Shown here: piece after piece, positions 1-11,610 of the stretch | How the letters are laid out: every line of letters begins with the position of its first letter | How positions within the stretch are numbered: position 1 is the first letter of the stretch | Assembly: GCF_035084215.1 (NCBI RefSeq) | Contig: NC_090333.1 | Span: 45,942,001-46,006,000, forward strand | Source of the DNA: Heptranchias perlo | Taxonomy: Eukaryota | Reading direction: 5' to 3' | Length of the DNA: 64,000 nt | Position numbers and translations under genes: made by a program | The notes under the pieces: model-generated | Database searches by the model: none | What the model was told of the DNA's origin: nothing | Seen by the model: only the letters and a program-made list of their open reading frames with translations

Positions 1-148
1 ACAGACCAACGTTCGCAGCAAATTACCCAGCTTTCAGGAGAACAGCGTCCACGACACCACACAACCCTGCCACGGTAACCTCTGCAAGACATGCCAGATC
101 ATCGACACAGATACCACCATCACATGAGAGGACACCACTCACCAGGTG

Positions 149-520
149 CATGGTTCATACTCCTGTGACTCGGCCAATGTTGTCTAACTCATACGTTGCA
201 GGAAAGGATGCCCCAGAGCATGGTACATTGGCGAGACCACGCAGACGCTGCGACAACAGATGAACGGACACCGCGCAACAATCGCCAGACAGGAGGGTTC
301 CCTCCCAGTCGGGGAACACTTCAGCAGTCAAGGACATTCAGCCACCGACCTTCGGGTAAGCGTACTCCAAGGCAGCCTTCGAGACACACGACAACGCAAA
401 ATCGTCAAGCAGAAATTGATAGCCAAGTTCCGCACCCATGAGGACGGCCTCAACCGGGATCTTGGGTTCATGTCACGCTACACGTTACCCCACCAGCGAA
501 CAAAAGTTATCTGTTTTTAA
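149..520 (+). pseudogene. GIY-YIG endonuclease domain of the PLE ORF, with an in-frame TAA at the first motif tyrosine
   Basis: Motifs NVV*LIRC, YIGET, RxxxH, HF and GLN; ORF 260..520 is the distal part. Confidence 0.85.
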
Positions 521-747
521 TATAACGGGTCATTTGCTGTATTTCTCTTCCTTCCGGATGTTTCTATGTTTCTGCCTCTCTCTCTCTGTTTTTTTTTGGT
601 TGTTTGTATATTCGGTGGCCCTGTAGGTAACACCTCTCTGTCTGAACACTTTGATTGCCTTGGCAACGGGCAGTTGGAAAGACTCTCTGTAATCACCAGG
701 TATTGTTCTGTGATTTATAAATGCGAAAGGTTCGAGGATTTCTTGAC

Positions 748-788
748 ATTCACCTGAAGAAGGAGGAAGCCTCCGAAAGCTTGTGATT
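748..788 (+). ncRNA. Minimal type-I hammerhead ribozyme motif (PLE-associated)
   Basis: ATTCAC-CTGAAGA-A-GGAGG-AAG-CCTCC-GAAA-GCTT-GTGATT: CUGANGA and GAAA core boxes, 5-bp stem II, palindromic AGCT stem III, stem I TCAC/GTGA. Confidence 0.75.
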
Positions 789-1045
789 TTCAAATAAAAT
801 TGTTGGACTATAACTTGGTGTTGTAAAATTGTTTACAATTGTGCTTTTATTGAAAAATGCACCATTTTACATGCACCATTTTACCATCACACAACATGAT
901 GTCCTTTACTAAAAAAAAACAAATGCCATCATAACCTAGAAATTACAGTTGTTGGTGTTAGTGAACAAACAATACTTGTTTGTGTGATATTCCTCTGTCT
1001 TTTATTTTAACTGAGGCATTAACAATTTATTTTAAATGGGTTAAA

Positions 1046-1673
1046 GGTCCTGAAAATCCACAGACTGTTGATCCCTGCATAAGTGGGATCCACCCACTTG
1101 GAACCTCAGACACTGACCCCACCGGAGCTCATGGGGCAGGAGAGGTTCCCTAATTAGAACAGTATTGGTGGGCACCCATGCCACTATGGGGGCATCTCGG
1201 GTGCCCACCTGATCAGGGACCAGGGGTGGTAGGAGAAGCATTGCTGATTAATCCTTCAGATTTTTCCCGTCAACCCTGACTTACCTTTAAATTTTCAAAG
1301 GACCTGTTGGCCAAAGAGCATCGATGTGGAGTTTTTCGGTGCTCCAGGCCAAGATCCAAGACCCTCAGGTTGTCCTCACTGAAGCCAGGAAAAATGATGG
1401 AATGCTTCCTCCCTACTGGCATACCATCTGTCCAGTGTAACCCAGGCCGGTGTGAGGAAAGTCCTAACCTGTGAATCCCTTTCCTGGATATGTACCCCCA
1501 ATATCGGGACTATGTTTGGGCAGATAGAGGTTCCATCCCAAAGAAACCCATCTGGAAACAGAGTGCAAGCCAGGACCTGGAATTTCTGGGCTCAGCCTAA
1601 TTTCCGGGCTCTCCACTGCACTCAAGGCATAATGTCAAAAGTGTGCTGGAAAGGCAATTAAAAATTCAGCACC
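1046..1673. mobile_element. Possible non-autonomous DNA transposon (MITE-like)
   Basis: GC-richer block bounded by a short imperfect inverted repeat, GGTCCTGAA ... TTCAGCACC. Confidence 0.35.
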
Positions 1674-1690
1674 AATGTGCCTATTAAAAT

Positions 1691-1787
1691 TTGTAAACAA
1701 TTTTACAACACCAAGTTATAGTCCAACGATTTTATTTTTAATCCCACAAGCTTTCGGGGGCTTTCCCCTTCCTCAGGCGGTGGAAAG
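1691..1787 (-). mobile_element. ~100-bp mini PLE terminus carrying a hammerhead motif
   Basis: Reverse complement matches the PLE end at 745-840 (CTGAGGA...GAAAGCTTGTG...GTTGGACTATAACTTGGTGTTGTAAAATTGTTTACAA). Confidence 0.85.
1743..1785 (-). ncRNA. Minimal hammerhead ribozyme motif, variant stem II
   Basis: Reverse complement is CTGAGGA-A-GGGG-AAAGC-CCCC-GAAA-GCTT-GTGGG; an A-T pair of stem II in the other copies is G-C here. Confidence 0.7.
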
Positions 1788-1809
1788 AGGAATATCACAC
1801 AATGGCTAA

Positions 1810-2010
1810 CGGCAATTTCTACCACTTGTTTGTGGTGCCATAGGTTGTATTAACTGAGTCCTCATGTGCAACCAGTGTGTATCAGAAAATCACAGGTGCA
1901 CTGTGCATGATTTTCTGTTTATTGAAGTCAATGGACAGAAAATCATGGGCAACACTTCCACCATTGTACATTATACACGGGTGTTGGGCAAAGGCTTGGA
2001 AAATCTACCC
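1810..2010. mobile_element. Decayed palindromic MITE
   Basis: Central hairpin at 1906-1947, CATGATTTTCTGT-ttattgaagtcaatgg-ACAGAAAATCATG, with perfect 13-bp arms. Confidence 0.55.
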
Positions 2011-3439
2011 TTATAAGCCATCATGATAAATGAAACGTATTACTTTTCCAGTCCTTTCCTCTCCTCCTCAAAAACGAAGTCAAACAATTTTCATGAACAC
2101 AGTAGCCCTTTAAACCAGCCAATAGCAGGTCGATGACTGGTATGTGTTAATCTCTTCCTTTGATGTTTCCCTCATTGCTGTTTAGTGTCACACATATGCT
2201 GGCTGCCTTTACCAGTTGGCTCAGGTGAGAGCAGGATTTCACCATGTGAAAAATCAAGAAAGCTAAGCTACTTTGAACCACACTAATGCTCCTATGTGCC
2301 AGCACACCCTGTCATTGAATTTCTTTTCCATTTTCACAACTTTTAATAACCCAGCTGGGTTGCATCTGAAGATTATGATTCTATTTATTGCAGACATCCC
2401 CTAGTCATTAGTAGACTGAGATTAAACAAGAGACTGTTTAATAAAGCATTAAGTATGTTGAGTGACTGGGAACATTAAAAGTAGCACTGTATTTATTGAA
2501 GAGATTTCATTACTTAAAATTGTTACTTATTACATGCTGTCTATTATAATCAACAGCAGTGTTGAATGATTGAGGAAGGATGGTATTTACTATTTGTTCA
2601 TTTGAGAACCACAATATTCACTTTAAATACAAACATTTCACAGTTATTTAGCTCTAATGATATGCTGGATGATAACGTTGACCTTTTTTCCCTCACTATA
2701 GCAGGAACATTTAGTCTTAACGAAGATTCTGCTATAATTCCAGACTAGGGACTGATCGTATCTGAAGCACAGCTCTAAGTGCTGACCCTAAAGAATAAGA
2801 CGTAGGATGTCTAAAATGATGTAGGCACAGCATAACGAATCAGTGACTCAGACAGTTAATCTACCTTCAATAAATGAATCATTCTATCAGACTGGCATCT
2901 CTGTTAAATAGCTCAATTACCAAATATCTACGCCTGTCAAAAATGCAATAAAGTTTCTTACACGTGTACCTACACATTTTATTACTGTTGGGAACGGTGA
3001 AGAGTTTAAGCATCAGACTACAGAAGTTAAAAATATTGAAGTTAAGGGTGAGAAGGGAAGTTAGATGGAACTGTTTTTATACAAAGATACACAAAAGTGA
3101 CCATTGAACTGCACAGTAAATGAGTTCAAGGGGTAATTGGATGTTTTTTAAGAGATATAGGGAAAATTATGTCAGTGAGGACCCATGCTGGATTTTTCAA
3201 TTTCAGGCAAGGCTCCACCTCCAGAGAGATGCTCCATTTTAACTGCTCCCCTGCTTCTTTTCCACCAACTGGGGAAACTTACAATTTCCCCTTGTGAATC
3301 GGTGCACATGCAGCATGTACGTATCTTGTTTTGGTAGTGTTCTTCGTGTTTGTTGCTTGCTACATTTAATGGGCCACATGAGGGGGCAACATTACACAGC
3401 ATCTTTGGAAAGTAAATGAAGAGTTGCTAAAGTGCTGTG

Positions 3440-3760
3440 CATCCTCTATCTGTGATGCCCGACCGAGCTAGCTGTAAAAGTGCTAGTGAGGTACATTGTA
3501 AGGTAGCATTGTGCAATTAAATAAAGTTTGAGTACATTGAACTTGGCAACCGTTCTGAGAATAGCAAATCTCTTCCTCACCCCCCTCAGGTGGGGCACAG
3601 GTTTGATGGCATTCACTCTTGCACCCACCTCCATCCAGCAATCTCTGCCATTGCTTATGACTGGAGGATGGCCTTCAGCTCCAAAAAGCATTCAAATGTG
3701 CTTCAGTGAATGGAGCACTTCTGATTCATGCTCTTGCTCAGCCATTTTGATCTCTTTGCA
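3440..3760 (-). pseudogene. Myb/SANT-like DNA-binding protein remnant (Harbinger accessory ORF type)
   Basis: LFGAEG...WMEVGARVNA...VRKRFAILRTVAK fits the WxxVAxxVNA...KxxxDL trihelix pattern; stop codon and decay upstream. Confidence 0.6.
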
Positions 3761-4859
3761 GTAGCAGAACAGTTTTGAGGAAACCACCAGCTTATCAAGA
3801 GTTGCTGGTGTTAGATAACCTGCCCTTTGACCCCAATGCACACTTAATGCAGTATGCATTATGTGCCAGGCATGCCACAAATTTATGTCAATCAACTGAC
3901 TTCACATTATAGTACAAGACCAACTCACTGCACTGCTGGGCATGTGCAGTGCTGAGGAGCAGTGGTCCCAATGGCACTGTGGTGGGACCATATTATGCTT
4001 GCTTCGAGTCCTACCAGTGTTGAATGATTCACTCATGCTGATTACCAGTGTCCCACACATTTCTTCCTTGAAATACTTTAGCACAGTAGGATATATGCAA
4101 TTTGCTCAGAGTATTTATTAGTTTTTAGCCCCTTAAACCTATCCATTCCCTCTACAATATTGATTTCAAATCATCTATAATATTTGAAGTATTACAAAAA
4201 TTATTAAATTAGTATAATCCTCTTCACTAAATACTTCTAGACACCCACCCCCCACTGGAAAAAAAGTAGCAGAATTACATGATGCATCCAGCAGGAAGGT
4301 TTTCAAGAAAGCTAAGCTCTTGATGGACAGCCCCTTTTCATTTTCTTACAGGTTACAAGGAAAAGTTACCATTATACCTGTGACACATATGTTCGAAGCT
4401 GTCACAGGGAAAAAAAAAGCTGTTTCTTTAATGCCTATGTAGAGTTTTCGATCTACAACAAGACCGAAACTGAAACCTCCCAAGCTTTGTTGACAGTGAA
4501 AGCTTCCTAAGTGCAATTAGGGCTGAAATTCTTCAGACAGCTGGCCACAAGAAAGAGATCACGGTAGTAGAGGAGCAAATTAATGAAAATGTATGCAAAA
4601 GAGAAGTGTACTGTAAATTCTAGAAGGGTACTCAGCCAATTAAAATCCAGGCACAGCAATTTCAAAATTAAGCGGCTCCCTAAGGATCTCTTTATAATGG
4701 CACTTGTCTCATTAAGTTGACTCTAAACCTAGTTGGGAAAATTCTTCCATTCAGACATCAGTTGGAAACAGAGGAGATTGCCATGAGTAGCAGCGCCCCC
4801 CCCCCCCCACCCCCCCCCCCCCAACCAAGCAGGCAAAATCGTCACCCATTCTACATCAG

Positions 4860-5131
4860 ATGGTTATGATAATTGGCAAAGGAACCAAAAGGGAGGTGAG
4901 GAGAACATTGTTTACACAGCGAGTTGTTATAATCTGGAATGCACTCCCTGAAAAAGGAAATAAAAGCAGATTCAATAGTAACTTTCAAAAGGGAATTGGA
5001 TATATACTTGAAAAGGAAAAATGTGCAGGGCTATAGGGAAAGAGCAGGGGAGAGAGACTAATTGCGTAGCTCTTTCAAGGGGCTGGCAGAGACAACATGG
5101 GCCAAATGGCCTCCTTCTGTGCTGTATTCTA
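4860..5131 (+). mobile_element. CR1 LINE 3' fragment
   Basis: FTQRVVIIWNALP-coding end plus 3' UTR ...GGGCCAAATGGCCTCCTTCTGTGCTGTA, shared with 22000-22220. Confidence 0.85.
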
Positions 5132-5478
5132 TCAGGTTGAAAGATGTGGTCATTACTAACTAACTAGATACTTTATCTCTGACCTCTTTGATAAAATCTC
5201 TTAACTGGAGAAAATGGTTTGATATAATCACACTTCAGTTACACCTCATCAGCTTATGATACTACCAAAAAGTTAGGAAAAAGGATCCACATATAACATT
5301 TTTACCCGTTGATTTTCAACCCTGCATCATGGAGCACAGTAATTCTTTATGTTATCCGATAAAGCTTAGAGTGAATTTGACAGTCAAGTAAGTAATGCTA
5401 CAAATGAGATGAAGGCTCATGCATCTCGTGAACACAGAAAGTCATACCTTTCAAATGAGATCCTTATTCAGGTTAGGC

Positions 5479-5516
5479 GTTGGACTATAACTTGGTGTTG
5501 TAAAATTGTTTACAAT
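5479..5516 (+). mobile_element. Extreme 3' terminus of the PLE family (~38 bp)
   Basis: GTTGGACTATAACTTGGTGTTGTAAAATTGTTTACAAT is identical to the end of the copy at ~802-840. Confidence 0.8.
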
Positions 5517-5779
5517 AATTTATAGAAGGCATGACTACTTTACTCTTCATGGAAATGTAATATCTTAATTCCCTTCCGCTCCCCCCTTACCAGTTCCAAG
5601 CAAGTAAAAACTAGTTTGTGATCTTTCTAATTTTACCTTAAGTTCTACTGGATTACATTCTGGGTCACCCACATTTCTCTTGATAGGGTAAAATGCCAAT
5701 AATTTGTAAAGCTCCTTAACTCCAATTAGGATGAAGTTACTCCAATAGATTTACAGTTTTAAACTTTTCCGCCCAATTT

Positions 5780-6125
5780 TATCTCCTTTTCTCCCCCCTT
5801 CTGAAGGTGTTGCTTCAATATGGTTCCATGCGTCCCAGCACTCCCAGTAGCTCACCCAAGTGGCCATTTTTCAAGAGTGAATGAAGTTAGTGAGTGTCAG
5901 CAGGCTATTCAAACATGGAAGGCATGATAGCCAAGCTCAATCCTGTCCTCATTCACCAGCCACATATGTATCCTTTCCAGTCAGAGACTACTAAATTGGC
6001 TTTTTCTCTTCTCTAGCCCAGGGATCCTGAGGCCCATGGCAGCTAAGTTAGCACAGTCCTAGAACCTCATGGTCTATATGACTTAATACCACACTGAGAA
6101 TTGTATCTACCAAGCCACCATGGTA
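5780..6125 (-). mobile_element. Old tRNA-head SINE family copy
   Basis: Colinear similarity to 12395-12680, 21215-21605, 25780-26300, 61850-62240 and, on the opposite strand, 32690-33000 and 62530-62885. Confidence 0.55.
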
Positions 6126-6229
6126 GCTCCAATTGTTATTGTGTAGGGTTCACAATAGAATTGTTTGTAAAAATTAATAATACTTGGAAAATATCAATGA
6201 GTAATTTTGAATAAGTGTCAGGATTTTCT

Positions 6230-6967
6230 TGTTTTCAATTGCTGAACATGGGAATGCTGCTGCCAAATCAGGAGGAGGAGGATCAGCAGCAAGGAAGGCA
6301 GCAAAGACCTGCACAGGCTGCAAGAAGAGGGTGAAGGAGGCAAGAGGCTCAGGCTCAGTATTACAAAGTGGGAGTATTCAGAAATCGAACATCATACCTG
6401 AACCTCACAGAGAAGCAGTATGTAAGATGACTGTGTTTCAACAGTGAGATAGGCACGTACCTGTGACACCTGATAACTGGAGCCCAACACCAGGGCACGC
6501 ACGGCACTATCTGTGGCAGTGAAGATCAGCATGCCTCTAAATGTTTATGCCTCTGGCTCCTTCCTAACTGCTCCTAGTGACATCAGTTAGTTTGCTTGCA
6601 GATGGTGATTTAGCAGGTCCCTAATGCACTGTTTGGAAGTCATCAACAGTTCATTAGCTTCCCCATGGAGTCTGCCAAGTAGGAAGAATGAGCACTGGGA
6701 TTTGCCCGCATTGTTGGATTCCTGAAGGTGCAGGGCATTATAAACTGCATGCATGTAGCCCTGCGTACTCTCCATCATGAACCAGCACTGTTTCTCAACA
6801 GAAAGGACTTTCATTCACTTAATGTTCAACTTGTTTGTGACCTCAGGCAGCGAGTCATGCAGGTCTGTGCCCAGATTCCTGGCAATAGTCATGACACTTT
6901 CATACTGCGCCAGTCCTCAATAGTCAGTTGGTTAGCAGGCTGGCTGCTGGGGAACAAGGGCTATCCC
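6230..6967 (+). pseudogene. PIF/Harbinger (HARBI1-like, DDE_Tnp_4) transposase remnant
   Basis: Motifs ALSVAVKI..LNVYASGSF, QGIINCMHV, FLNRKDFHSLNVQLVCD, PGNSHD and WLLGNKGYP; frameshifted; cut by a LINE tail at ~6968. Confidence 0.9.
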
Positions 6968-7200
6968 TCACCACCACCTGCACGTTCCCATCCAAGTCAC
7001 ACAACATCCTGACTTGGAAATATATCGCCGTTCCTTCATCGTCGCTGGGTCAAAATCCTGGAATTCGCTACCTAATAGCACTGTGGGAGTGTCTTCACCA
7101 CACGGACTGCAGCAGTTCAAGAAGGCGGCTCACCACCATCTTCTCAAGAGCAACTAGGGATGGGCAATAAATGCTGGCCTTGCCAGTGACGCCCACATCT
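6968..7200 (+). mobile_element. 3' tail of a CR1/L2-supergroup LINE, inserted into the Harbinger transposase
   Basis: High similarity to 33512-33742 (GSKSWNSLP...GGGCAATAAATGCTGGCCTTGCCAG). Confidence 0.85.
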
Positions 7201-9009
7201 ACCTTTCTCTTCTTGGATAAGTACACGAGGGCTACTTGTTAGTACAGAACTTAAAAATCAGGGATCAATGATACAAGACATTGAAACGCACGACAAGAGG
7301 TGATCAATGATATAAGAGATTGAGAAACTGGGTCAGACAAACAGTGGCAGACATGATTGCCATCTCTTGACAATAATGGCTATTAGATGCGAGAGCTTGC
7401 ATAAGTGATTTCAGCTTCTTATAAAACCCGAACGGTAGACTTGGCTAGCAGTGCCACCCTAACAAGCTAAATAAAGAAATGAAGATTCAGGAGAAATTTG
7501 AGGGCTGGATGAAACTGTTCCGTGATATGTTTGACACCCGGGTTAGATTTTCTTCCTTTTATATCCAGGTCTAAATATTGTTATCATAAGGGATGATGTT
7601 CAACCTGTAATTTTGAAATTCCATTTCAATGTACAACAGCTATGAATAGATGATAGCTGCTTTCCTATTGTTGGACCCCCCATGTTAGTGCCACTGGCTG
7701 GTGATGTGCAGATCTCGGTAAAAGAATTGGTCTTTTCAGTTGTCTTAGCAAATCCAGCAAGATTATTTAGGAATTGCCACCAGCTGCTAAAAACCTGTGC
7801 ATTGGGAGCCGGCAGTACGAACATGGCAGCACAGTAATATAATATGCTCCAAGTATGCTATTTTGGATGTTCTATCTGCCTCCTGCATCCTCACTAGGGT
7901 TCCTAGTTGATTCTTTTCTCTATCTAGCCTGAGGAAGGAGAGAGCTTCTCACCTGGGCCCATTAGGCATTGGATGCGCAGGTGGCATGCCACTAGAAGAA
8001 GGTCCTGCAAGGACATCAGCTTCACTGAGATGATTGACACTTCAGTCCTTGAGGGCTCCATCGATACAGTCCAAGTCACAACCTGACACCGAGGTAGCAC
8101 AATGTAGGAGTAAGAGATTAGGGTCAAGGGTGAGAAGAGTTTTAACGCAAAGAACAGTCAAGATGATAAATAGCAGTAGTAATAGGGCATAATGAAGGGA
8201 TAATGTGGTAGCAAACAAGTGCAGACAATTTCTTAGGTCGCTTTCTACAAGTGTATGTCCCATTGCCTTGTCCTCAGTGCTCTCAGAGATGTATATTGAA
8301 GTACTAGAGAACAAATCCTTTTTGAATCACTGCCTGATAATTACTTCAGTCAATATAAAGGGCAAGCAAAAGCTCTCAGCTGTGCAATAATTACAGTGCT
8401 CTCTGTCTCGTCAATATTAACTATAACATCCAGGCCAGGGTGTTCACCATTAGATTAGAAATGGAGGTCACAAAAGAGAAGAGTTATCAGTAAATAATAT
8501 GATACTTTACTTGTACCCGTTGTGTAGCGAGGTCTGAGATTCTAGTTGAAGCAGTTTAGTTCAATAACAGAATGGAGTGGGTCTGCTCAGAAAACTTAGC
8601 TTTAATAAACTTTATATAGATGCCATTCAAACCTTTTATACTGAACATATGTGGGGTAAATTTCCTTACCATATTCAGCACATTAGCAGTACAGAAGATG
8701 TTTCAGGCAGGAGAATTGGGCTGAAGCCACTTCTGCCTGATTTCTGCTATTAAAGCACTTCCCAGATTCCATTTTGAACCTTCCCACAATCTGCCACCTA
8801 GCCCAGGTTGGCCTCATTTACATTTATTATAATGAGGGCCAGTGGCGCTACAACTCTGTGTTTTCTGATTTTACACTCCTAATGCACTCTGGCTAACTTA
8901 GACCGGGATCTATAAGATGCAACAGCTGCCAGGATCAGCTGATACAGGTGAAAGTGAGGAGTTTCTGAGCCTGAGGAGTCTGGAGAGTTTCAATAGCGAT
9001 TTCCGCAGT

Positions 9010-9160
9010 TCATAGAATCATACAGCACATAAGGAGGCCATTAAGCCCAGCGTGCCTGTGCCGGCTCTTTGAAAGAGTTATCCAATTAGTCCCACTCCCC
9101 TGCTTTTTCCCCATAGACCTGCAAATGTTTCCCTTATCCAATTCCTTTTTGAAAAAAACA
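9010..9160 (-). mobile_element. CR1 3' UTR fragment
   Basis: CATAGAATCATACAGCAC...GGAGGCCATT...CTCTTTGAAAGAG is the reverse complement of the CR1 tail at ~22140-22220. Confidence 0.85.
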
Positions 9161-9258
9161 ATTTTTTTGCCATTCTACTTACAGACTTCTGACAGAATTA
9201 GACCACTGTCAGATTTTTGGCCCCTACCCCCTGCACTGAGGGCTTCTCAGGGGCAGGA

Positions 9259-10720
9259 ATGGCATTTCCTATGGCCATTCTCCTGTATGCCATTATCATG
9301 GAGGAGAAGGAGCAGCAGCACATGATGGAGCAGAGGAGAGACAGGCAACAGTTAAGGAGATGCAGCCAACAACACAAGTCACAAGAGGTCCTGTCTGGGC
9401 AGTTGTGCACAAGAAGAGTGCACTTTGCCAAAGAGGCTCTGTCAGCCATTGCAAGAGAACCTGCAGCCACATTCATCTGCCTGGAGTACTCTCTCTGTGG
9501 CTAGGAAGGTGATTACTGCCCTCAACTTGTTTTTTTTTCCAAAAATATACTTTATTCATAAAATATCACATTCCAAACATACACAATACAGAGTATACAA
9601 TTTGCAGGTTACATCAAGTACAGTTCAAGGAACACATTGTACATAATTACAGTTCATGACACTCCAGGGTGCCTCATTGCATTACACTCAATACAGATGG
9701 TTGATTACAGATTCATTACAAGTACATTACAGATTCATTACAGGTACATTACATCAATTTGAGTTCTACATTCTGCCCAGGGGGGTTTTTCCCTGATTTC
9801 AGCCCCTCGGTATACAATGGTGGGAAGGCTCTAAACGGTTGCCTTTCCCCACAGAGTCCCTGAGCACATAGTCCTGGACCTTGGAACATGCCAGTCTGCA
9901 ACACTCGGTCGAGGACAGCTCCTTGCACTGGAAGACCAACAAGTTTCGGGCAGACCAAAGAGCGTCTTTCACCGAGTTGATTGTCTTCCAGCAGCAGTTG
10001 ATGTCTGTCTCGGTGTGCATCCCTGGGAACAGCTGGTAGAGCACAGAATCCTGTGTTACGGAACTGCTCAGGACGAACCTGGACAAATACCACTGCATCT
10101 CTCTCCAGACCTTCTTTGCAAAGGCACATTCCAGAAGGTGATGGGTGACGGTCGCATCCCCACCGCAGCCTCCTCAGGGACAACACGCGGTAGCGCTGAG
10201 AGTCCGGCAGTGCATGAAGGATCTGACGGAAAGGGCCCTTCTCACCATCAGCCAAGCTATGTCTTGGTGATTGTTTGAAAGCTCTGGCGATGAGACGTTC
10301 TGCCAAATGACATTGACAGTCTGCTCGGGGAACCAACCGACAGGATCCACCATCTCCTTTCCCCTCAGGGTCTCGAGGACGTTATGTGCGGACCACTTGC
10401 TGATCGCCTTGTGGTATTTCAGGCAGCCACAGGAGACCTGTGCAATATCAGCCAGCTAGCAGTATGGGCACGCATTCATCAAGTGACTGACACCCTTTAA
10501 GGTGAGCTGGGGAATTCATCACCATCTCATCACTGCAAGGCAGCTGCAAGATAGGGCCATTCAGTTTTGCGGGATTGCTAGCTTCCCCAAGGTCCAGGGT
10601 GAAAACACTGGCACCCACATTGCATTGCATTGCGAGCTCCCACTGAACAATCCCTCAACTTCATTAACAGAGGATCTTCTACTCCAAGGAGATTGGATGA
10701 ATGCAGGGGAGAGGGGTTGG
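9259..10720 (+). pseudogene. Harbinger transposase remnant split by a Tx1-like LINE
   Basis: The left part ends ...LSVARKVITALNL at ~9528 and resumes at ~10417 with FQAATGDLCNISQLAVWARIHQVTDTL, then ASFPKVQG..GTHIAL. Confidence 0.85.
9529..10415 (-). mobile_element. Tx1/L1-clade LINE, 5'-truncated 3' end with zf-RVT region and poly(A)
   Basis: Minus strand encodes CP.GGCGG..TVTH.LLECAFAKKVW and KDALWSARNLLVF; AATAAA (reverse complement at 9551-9556) precedes a poly(A) at ~9530-9538; there is a short tandem duplication in the 3' UTR at ~9703-9752. Confidence 0.85.
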
Positions 10721-10949
10721 GTTTTACGGTGTGGGCAGGTCGCAACATGTGGGCTGGGACAGGCTCGATGGACCAGCTGGTCTTTTCCTGTCCTCTTTTT
10801 CCGTATGTTTTCAGATGAGGCACCTGCACCCAATGAACAATTGTCCCTGTCCCCAGCCAGGCATCACGTGGCCTTCCATCAGCAGGGAAGGCACATAAGG
10901 ATATTTAGTCCTGCAAGAGCTGCAGCGCAGGCCTGCTTCCTGAACTTTC

Positions 10950-11610
10950 TTGCCAGGAATTTCCTTGGGATTTCTCCCGATCGGCCACTGTAACTTTGGC
11001 AGAACATTGGTGGAAACCCGTTTATGCAAACTTCAGGTGGCATCAGAGACCTGATGTTACAGATCTGCTGACAGAACCCCTTAAAGTAAATAAAAGATTA
11101 TTAAAGCTTTGCATGCAGCTCAGGCTTATATTACATGATGAAGAGTTAGGGAGCTTTTGAACCATGGAGCAGCGTGAAGGAAGTGTGTTGGTTACCATGG
11201 TGCCCAAGGAAAAAAAATAAACAGTGGTAGTGCCAAACAAAATTATTTTTCTTTATGTTCTTTGGGGATCCAGGCATCAATCCCAGCCTGGACCCCCACA
11301 TGGGCGTACTTCCATCTCGGCCAGCAAGATATACCTGGTCTGACTAGACATGCCTCCAATTGACCATATACCGAGCCTCCTCACTGAAAGCCTGAGGCAC
11401 AGAATCTCCAACATTTAGATACCTCACCCATAGCCCAACCCCACCCCCGAAAACGATGGCCATGTTTGTGACAAGTGGGACAGGTTTTTAAACAGTACAG
11501 TGCAGACACATATTACATCTTCCCAGGGTTTTAATTCAGCTTAGCATGGTCCTTCTCAGGGAGTTTCTGGACATTCGGATTTTTGGAAGCTGCAGCACAA
11601 TTATATCCCC
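10950..11610. mobile_element. Non-autonomous Harbinger-type element (longer relative of the MITEs at 26866 and 43116)
   Basis: Left end GGAATTTCCTTGGGATTTCTCCCGATCGGCCACTGTAACTTTGGC matches the reverse complement of 43190-43240; the right boundary is uncertain. Confidence 0.45.

Larger units (their letters stand above)
1..842 (+). mobile_element. Penelope-like retroelement (PLE), 3' part: GIY-YIG endonuclease, 3' UTR and pseudo-LTR terminus; truncated by the window edge
   Basis: Translation reads ...CDSANVV*LIRCRKGCPRAWYIGETTQTLRQQMNGHR...PVGEHF...GLN, typical of the PLE GIY-YIG domain. The 3' ~370 bp recurs at 29030-29418 and the terminus GTTGGACTATAACTTGGTGTTGTAAAATTGTTTACA recurs several times. 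Confidence 0.9.

Noticed and set aside
4377-4410. Hairpin CCTGTGACA...TGTCACAGG
   Set aside because: A single 9-bp stem is expected by chance in 64 kb, and no RNA family features are present.
6728-7012. Host HARBI1 gene
   Set aside because: Catalytic-motif residues are altered, the region is frameshifted and LINE-interrupted, and several similar fossils are present.
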